Shown: piece by piece, positions 60,126-64,000 of the stretch
Numbering within the stretch: position 1 is the first letter of the stretch
Layout of the letters: each line of letters starts with the position of its first letter
Origin: Alphaproteobacteria bacterium
GTDB taxonomy: Bacteria > Pseudomonadota > Alphaproteobacteria > MPNO01
NCBI GenBank assembly: GCA_965231875.1
Contig: CBDDOM010000002.1
Span: 2,627,942-2,691,941, forward strand
Direction of reading: 5' to 3'
DNA: 64,000 nucleotides
Made by a program: the position numbers and the translations under genes
The notes under the pieces: model-generated
What the model saw: the letters and a program-made list of their open reading frames with translations, nothing else
What the model was told of the DNA's origin: nothing
Database searches by the model: none

Positions 60126-61382
60126 TCAGCCCCCGCCCGGGTCGAGGCCCATGATGTCGCAGTAATAGGACCAGAAACCGCGGATCATCACGTCGTCGAG
60201 CTTTTCGTCGCCGTCCCGGATGGGCCCGCGCCCGCCCATCTCGACCACCGACGCATCGCTCCCGCCCGCGCGGTGGCCGGACTGGCAGGATTCGAGGGCC
60301 TCGGCGTCCTCCAGCGAGACATAGCCGGCGGGGCCGGCCATGTTGGCCTGCCGGAGCCGGTGCGCGGTCATCTCCTCGCTGTCGTCCTGGTAGCCGAAGA
60401 TCGTGAAGACGAGGTCGAACGCGCCCGGGCCCCTGGGCCGGATCTGGCGCGCCGCGAGCGCGTTCCGGATCTGCTGGAAGGTGCTGTTGGGAAAGATCGA
60501 GCACATCGTGGTCGACCGGTCGTCCTCGAACTCGCGCTCGAAGCGGAGCAAGGCCGGGTCCTGGAGCGCCAGCCTCGCCCCGTCGGCCGCCTCGGCGAGG
60601 GGGCGCAGACGCGCGGCGCTATCGATGCCCGGCGCGGGAGCGTTCTCGTATTCCTCGCGCGGCTGGCGGACGAAGAGGAGGCTGTGCCGGCCTTCCGGAT
60701 CCATCCGCGAGCCGCAGTCGTGGGTCGAGCGGTTGATCCCGAAGGTGCTCTGGAATCCGTGCAGGAGCGCGCCGTGATAGTGGTCGCGGACGTTCTCCAG
60801 ATAGGCCTTCCAGTTGCTGCGCACCGCCTGGCGCTGGTAGCCGAGAACCCGGACCGGCGCCCGGAACAGGCGTTCCAGATGGGCGACATGCGTCGGGCCG
60901 AGATAGTCGCGCAGCGGCTCGACGGTCTCGGAGAAGGTCGCGAACAGGGCGCCGTTCACGCGGTCCACGCGGAGCTTCCTGAGCCCGTGGCAGGCCATGT
61001 CGAAGTCGTCCGGCATGCCCGGGCTGCCGCCGACGCCATGGCGGTGGGGAACCGCGACCAGATCGCCCGCGAGGTCGTAGGTCCAGCTGTGATAGAGGCA
61101 GACATGGGCGGAGACGTTGCCGAAATTCTCGCGCTGGATCAGCGCGCCCCGATGCGAGCAGCGGTTGACGAAAGCGTGGACCCGCCCGTCCCCGGCACGG
61201 TTGTAGACGACCGGCGCCTCGCCGACGAAAGTCCGGCGGAAATCGCCCGGCTCCGGGACTTCGGCTTCGAGCCCGAGGAACGACCAGGTCTCCCCCTCGA
61301 AGATGCGCTCGATCTCCAGCCGGTAGAGCGCCTCGTCGTGATACCAAGCGTAGGGGATGCGATCGAAACCGGAACGATCCAT
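60126..61382 (-). CDS. Aromatic ring-hydroxylating dioxygenase alpha subunit (Rieske 2Fe-2S)
   Basis: CSHRGALIQ...CLYHSWTY Rieske CxH-x17-CxxH motif. About 418 aa with a C-terminal catalytic domain. Confidence 0.8.
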   Translation of the reverse strand: MDRSGFDRIPYAWYHDEALYRLEIERIFEGETWSFLGLEAEVPEPGDFRRTFVGEAPVVYNRAGDGRVHAFVNRCSHRGALIQRENFGNVSAHVCLYHSWTYDLAGDLVAVPHRHGVGGSPGMPDDFDMACHGLRKLRVDRVNGALFATFSETVEPLRDYLGPTHVAHLERLFRAPVRVLGYQRQAVRSNWKAYLENVRDHYHGALLHGFQSTFGINRSTHDCGSRMDPEGRHSLLFVRQPREEYENAPAPGIDSAARLRPLAEAADGARLALQDPALLRFEREFEDDRSTTMCSIFPNSTFQQIRNALAARQIRPRGPGAFDLVFTIFGYQDDSEEMTAHRLRQANMAGPAGYVSLEDAEALESCQSGHRAGGSDASVVEMGGRGPIRDGDEKLDDVMIRGFWSYYCDIMGLDPGGG

Positions 61383-61457
61383 CGTCGGCCCCCTTCTTGC
61401 TCCCTGAGTTTCGACTCTATCGGTTCCAGGGGGAACGCGCCAAGCGCGGGGTGCCGC

Positions 61458-62255
61458 TCAGAGGCACTCCGCGATTGCGTCCTCGGTGAGCACCTCGATC
61501 AGATGCGCGCGGTAGGCGGCGGTGCCATGGAGGTCGTCGGTCAGACCGTCTGGCGGCACCGACAGTCCCGCGAGCGAATCGGGGTGGAACGAGCGTTCGA
61601 GCGCGCGCTCGAACGCCTCCACCCGGAACACGCAGGAACCCGCCCCGGTGACCGCGACCCTGACACCGCCGTCGGCGAAGCGGGCGAGGAAGACCCCGAC
61701 GATGGAGAACCGCGACGCCGGGTTGGGAAATTTCCGGTAGCTCGCGGCGGTGGGGACCGGGAAGCGCACCTCGACGATCAGCTCGCCGGGTGCCAGCGCG
61801 GTCTCGAACATCCCGAGGAAAAAGTCCCCGGCCGGGATTGGGCGCTTTGTCGTGACGATCTCCGCGCCGAGCGCGAGCACCGCCGAGGGGTAGCAGGCGG
61901 CGGGGTCGTTGTTGGCGAGCGAGCCGCCGACGGTCCCCCGGTTGCGCACCAGCGGATCGCCGATCCCGCCGGCCAGCGCGGCGATGGCGGGGATGGCCCT
62001 CTTCACCGTCCCGGACGCCGCCACCGCCGCGTGCGGCGTCATCGCCCGGATTACGAGCACGCCGGGTTCGGCGGAGACGCCCACAAGTTCGCCGAGCCCC
62101 GCGAGGTCCACGAGGTCGGACGGCGACGCCAGACGATGCTTCATCACCGGGATCAGGCTCATCCCGCCGGCCAGCGGGCGTCCGTCTTCCCCGGAGACAA
62201 GCAGCTGTTCGGCGTCGGCGATCGTGCCCGGCCGGTGGTAGCGGTAGGGGTACAT
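61458..62255 (-). CDS. Xanthine-dehydrogenase-family FAD-binding subunit (CoxM/XdhB-like)
   Basis: 265 aa. MYPYRYHRPGTIADAEQLL...AGGMSLIPVMK...GTVGGSLANNDPAACYP FAD-binding-5 motifs. Confidence 0.75.
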   Translation of the reverse strand: MYPYRYHRPGTIADAEQLLVSGEDGRPLAGGMSLIPVMKHRLASPSDLVDLAGLGELVGVSAEPGVLVIRAMTPHAAVAASGTVKRAIPAIAALAGGIGDPLVRNRGTVGGSLANNDPAACYPSAVLALGAEIVTTKRPIPAGDFFLGMFETALAPGELIVEVRFPVPTAASYRKFPNPASRFSIVGVFLARFADGGVRVAVTGAGSCVFRVEAFERALERSFHPDSLAGLSVPPDGLTDDLHGTAAYRAHLIEVLTEDAIAECL

Positions 62256-62725
62256 CAGACCTCCGCCATCGCCGCCGCGCCGGCAAGAATCGCCGCGACG
62301 ATATTCTGGTAGCCCGTGCAGCGGCAGAGATTGCCTTCCAGACCCGCCCGGACCGAGTCCGCGTCCGTCGCGCCGCCGCGCCGGATCATGTCGAGCGCGC
62401 TCATGATCATGCCGGGCGTGCAGAACCCGCATTGCAGCGCGTGGTGCTCCTTGAAAGCGGCTTGCAGCGGGTTGAGCCCGTCCGCCGGCGAGACCCCTTC
62501 GATGGTGGTCACCGCTTGCCCCTCGGCCTGGGCGGCGAAGACGGTGCAGGACTTCACCGCGATCCCGTCGAGATGGACGGTGCAGGCGCCGCACTGGCTG
62601 GTATCGCACCCGACATGGGTGCCGGTGAGCCCAGCCTGGCGGCGGATGAACTCGACCAGCAGCATTCTCGGGTCGATTTCCGCCCGGCGCTCGCGGCCGT
62701 TGATGTCGAGCGCGACGGGGATCAT
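62255..62725 (-). CDS. Xanthine-dehydrogenase-family (2Fe-2S)-binding subunit (CoxS-like)
   Basis: CGACTVHLDG, then CGFCTPG and CRCTGY, are two [2Fe-2S] Cys clusters. Start at MIPVALDINGRE, overlapping the upstream stop as ATGA. Confidence 0.8.
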   Translation of the reverse strand: MIPVALDINGRERRAEIDPRMLLVEFIRRQAGLTGTHVGCDTSQCGACTVHLDGIAVKSCTVFAAQAEGQAVTTIEGVSPADGLNPLQAAFKEHHALQCGFCTPGMIMSALDMIRRGGATDADSVRAGLEGNLCRCTGYQNIVAAILAGAAAMAEV

Positions 62726-64000
62726 CCGGCCCGGGCCTCCTCGATCGCCCGCCACACGGCGTCGGGCGTGTAGGGCTGACGCACATGGCGGACGCCGAGA
62801 TCCCAGAGCGCATCGACGATCGCGTTGCCGATCGCCGCCGGAGCCCCGATGGTGCCGGTCTCGCTGCCGCCCTTGACGCCGAGCGGGTTGGACGGCGCCG
62901 GCGTCTCCTGGAAGGTCATGCCGACATCCGGCATGTCGGAGGCGCGCGGCAGCGCGTAGTCCATCAGGGTGCCGGAGAAGAGCTGCCCCGCGCCGCCGCC
63001 GTCATAGACCACGCGTTCCATCAGCGCCTGGCCGAGCCCCTGGGCGAGCCCGCCGACGACCTGTCCCTCGACGATCAGCGGGTTGATTATCTTGCCGCAA
63101 TCGTCGGCCGTGAAGTAGTCGCGCACCGTCGCCTTGCCGGAGCGGGGTTCCACGAGGACCACCGCGAGATGCATCGCCTGCGGGTCGTTGGTGTCGGGCG
63201 GCTCATAGAAGACGGTTTCCTCCAGCCCCGGCTCCATCGACCCGTCGGCCGGCAGCACCGCGCCGTGATAGGCGGCGTCGGCCACGTCCTCGAAGCTGAG
63301 TTCGCGGTCGGTGCCGCGCACCGAAAAGACCGAATTCCCGTAGACCAGGTCTTCCTCGGCGCATTCGAGCATGTGGGAGGCCAGGCGCCTAGCCTTGTCG
63401 ATCACCCTGTCGGCCGCCTTCATGATCGCGATACCGCCGACCGAGAGCGAGCGCGACCCCCAGGTGCCGTTGCCGAACGGCACGCTCCCGGTATCGCCCT
63501 CGACCAGCGCGATGTCCTCGATGGGCAAGCCGAGACGGTCGGCGGCGATCTGGCAAAACGTGGTGTCGTGGCCTTGGCCGTGGCTGTGCGAGCCGACGAA
63601 GACGGTCGCCTTGCCGTCCGAATGGACGCGCACGATGGCGCTCTCGTAGCCGCCGTGAAGGCCGCCGCGGCTGGCCAGGTTACGGCTCGATCCGGTGCCC
63701 GACTTGTCGAGGAAGCAGGCGATGCCGATTCCCATCCGCACACCGTCTTCACGGAGCCGCTTCTGCTCCGCGCGCAGGGCGTCGTAATCGGCAATCTTCA
63801 GCAGCTTGTCGAACAGCGCCGGCGGATCGCCGCAATCGTAGGGGCGCCCGACCGGGGTCGTGTAGGGGAAGGCCTCCGCCGGGATCAGGTTGCGGCGGCG
63901 GATCTCGGTCACGTCGATGCCGAGCTCGCGCGCGCCGTTCTCCAGCAGCCGCTCGTTGACGAAGGTCGCCTCGGGCCGGCCGGAGCCGCGATAGGCGTCG
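62722..64000 (-). CDS. Xanthine-dehydrogenase-family molybdopterin-binding subunit (CoxL-like). 3' part only; the 5' end lies beyond the window edge.
   Basis: The C-terminal half of a Mo-binding large subunit (GIGIACFL...GSHSHGQGHDTTFCQIAA...). The reading frame stays open to position 64000. Confidence 0.75.
   Translation of the reverse strand, partial: DAYRGSGRPEATFVNERLLENGARELGIDVTEIRRRNLIPAEAFPYTTPVGRPYDCGDPPALFDKLLKIADYDALRAEQKRLREDGVRMGIGIACFLDKSGTGSSRNLASRGGLHGGYESAIVRVHSDGKATVFVGSHSHGQGHDTTFCQIAADRLGLPIEDIALVEGDTGSVPFGNGTWGSRSLSVGGIAIMKAADRVIDKARRLASHMLECAEEDLVYGNSVFSVRGTDRELSFEDVADAAYHGAVLPADGSMEPGLEETVFYEPPDTNDPQAMHLAVVLVEPRSGKATVRDYFTADDCGKIINPLIVEGQVVGGLAQGLGQALMERVVYDGGGAGQLFSGTLMDYALPRASDMPDVGMTFQETPAPSNPLGVKGGSETGTIGAPAAIGNAIVDALWDLGVRHVRQPYTPDAVWRAIEEARAG

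Noticed and set aside
59097-62312. 1071-aa plus-strand ORF
   Set aside because: It is antisense to the CoxSM/Rieske/NicX-like minus-strand operon, which has clear cofactor motifs. It is low-complexity and has no RBS or start context.

Overview
This is a high-GC (roughly 65-70%) bacterial chromosomal segment, most likely alphaproteobacterial and close to the replication origin. It contains the conserved block rpsT-dnaA-dnaN-recF-gyrB (33.0-40.3 kb) and two perfect copies of the canonical parS centromere sequence TGTTTCACGTGAAACA (58454-58506). I can support about 70 protein genes from recognisable motifs in the supplied translations, one tRNA-Ala(GGC) with a downstream terminator, and several catabolic clusters. 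The clusters include an operon of radical SAM, LigA-like, MBL hydrolase and GGT genes; a PqqC-like/RidA/PqqC-like trio next to a TRAP transporter, an ABM monooxygenase, a Rieske oxygenase and a nucleoside deaminase; and, from 53 kb to the window end, an apparent N-heterocycle degradation cluster with two xanthine-dehydrogenase-family molybdoenzymes, a Rieske alpha/beta oxygenase, an M29/NicX-like protein and tandem alpha/beta hydrolases. Accessory features are a MazEF-like toxin-antitoxin cassette bracketed by a 155-bp duplication of an SDR gene 3' end; a frameshifted zeta-toxin-like P-loop kinase pseudogene with a small partner ORF; and a Phd/YefM-VapC pair split by a palindromic element and followed by a low-GC island encoding an AIPR-like putative abortive-infection protein. 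Two unannotated repeat families stand out. Family A (3 copies) is a REP/BIME-like pair of inverted hairpins around a conserved spacer, with a compensatory stem mutation in copy 2. Family B (2 copies) is a long imperfect palindrome of about 100 bp found in two intergenic regions, in one case wedged between convergent gene ends. No CRISPR array, rRNA, transposase or integrase was seen. Because of the GC bias, most long ORFs in the six-frame track are antisense shadows and were rejected. Gene starts were set by ORF-frame arithmetic and are good to about one codon.
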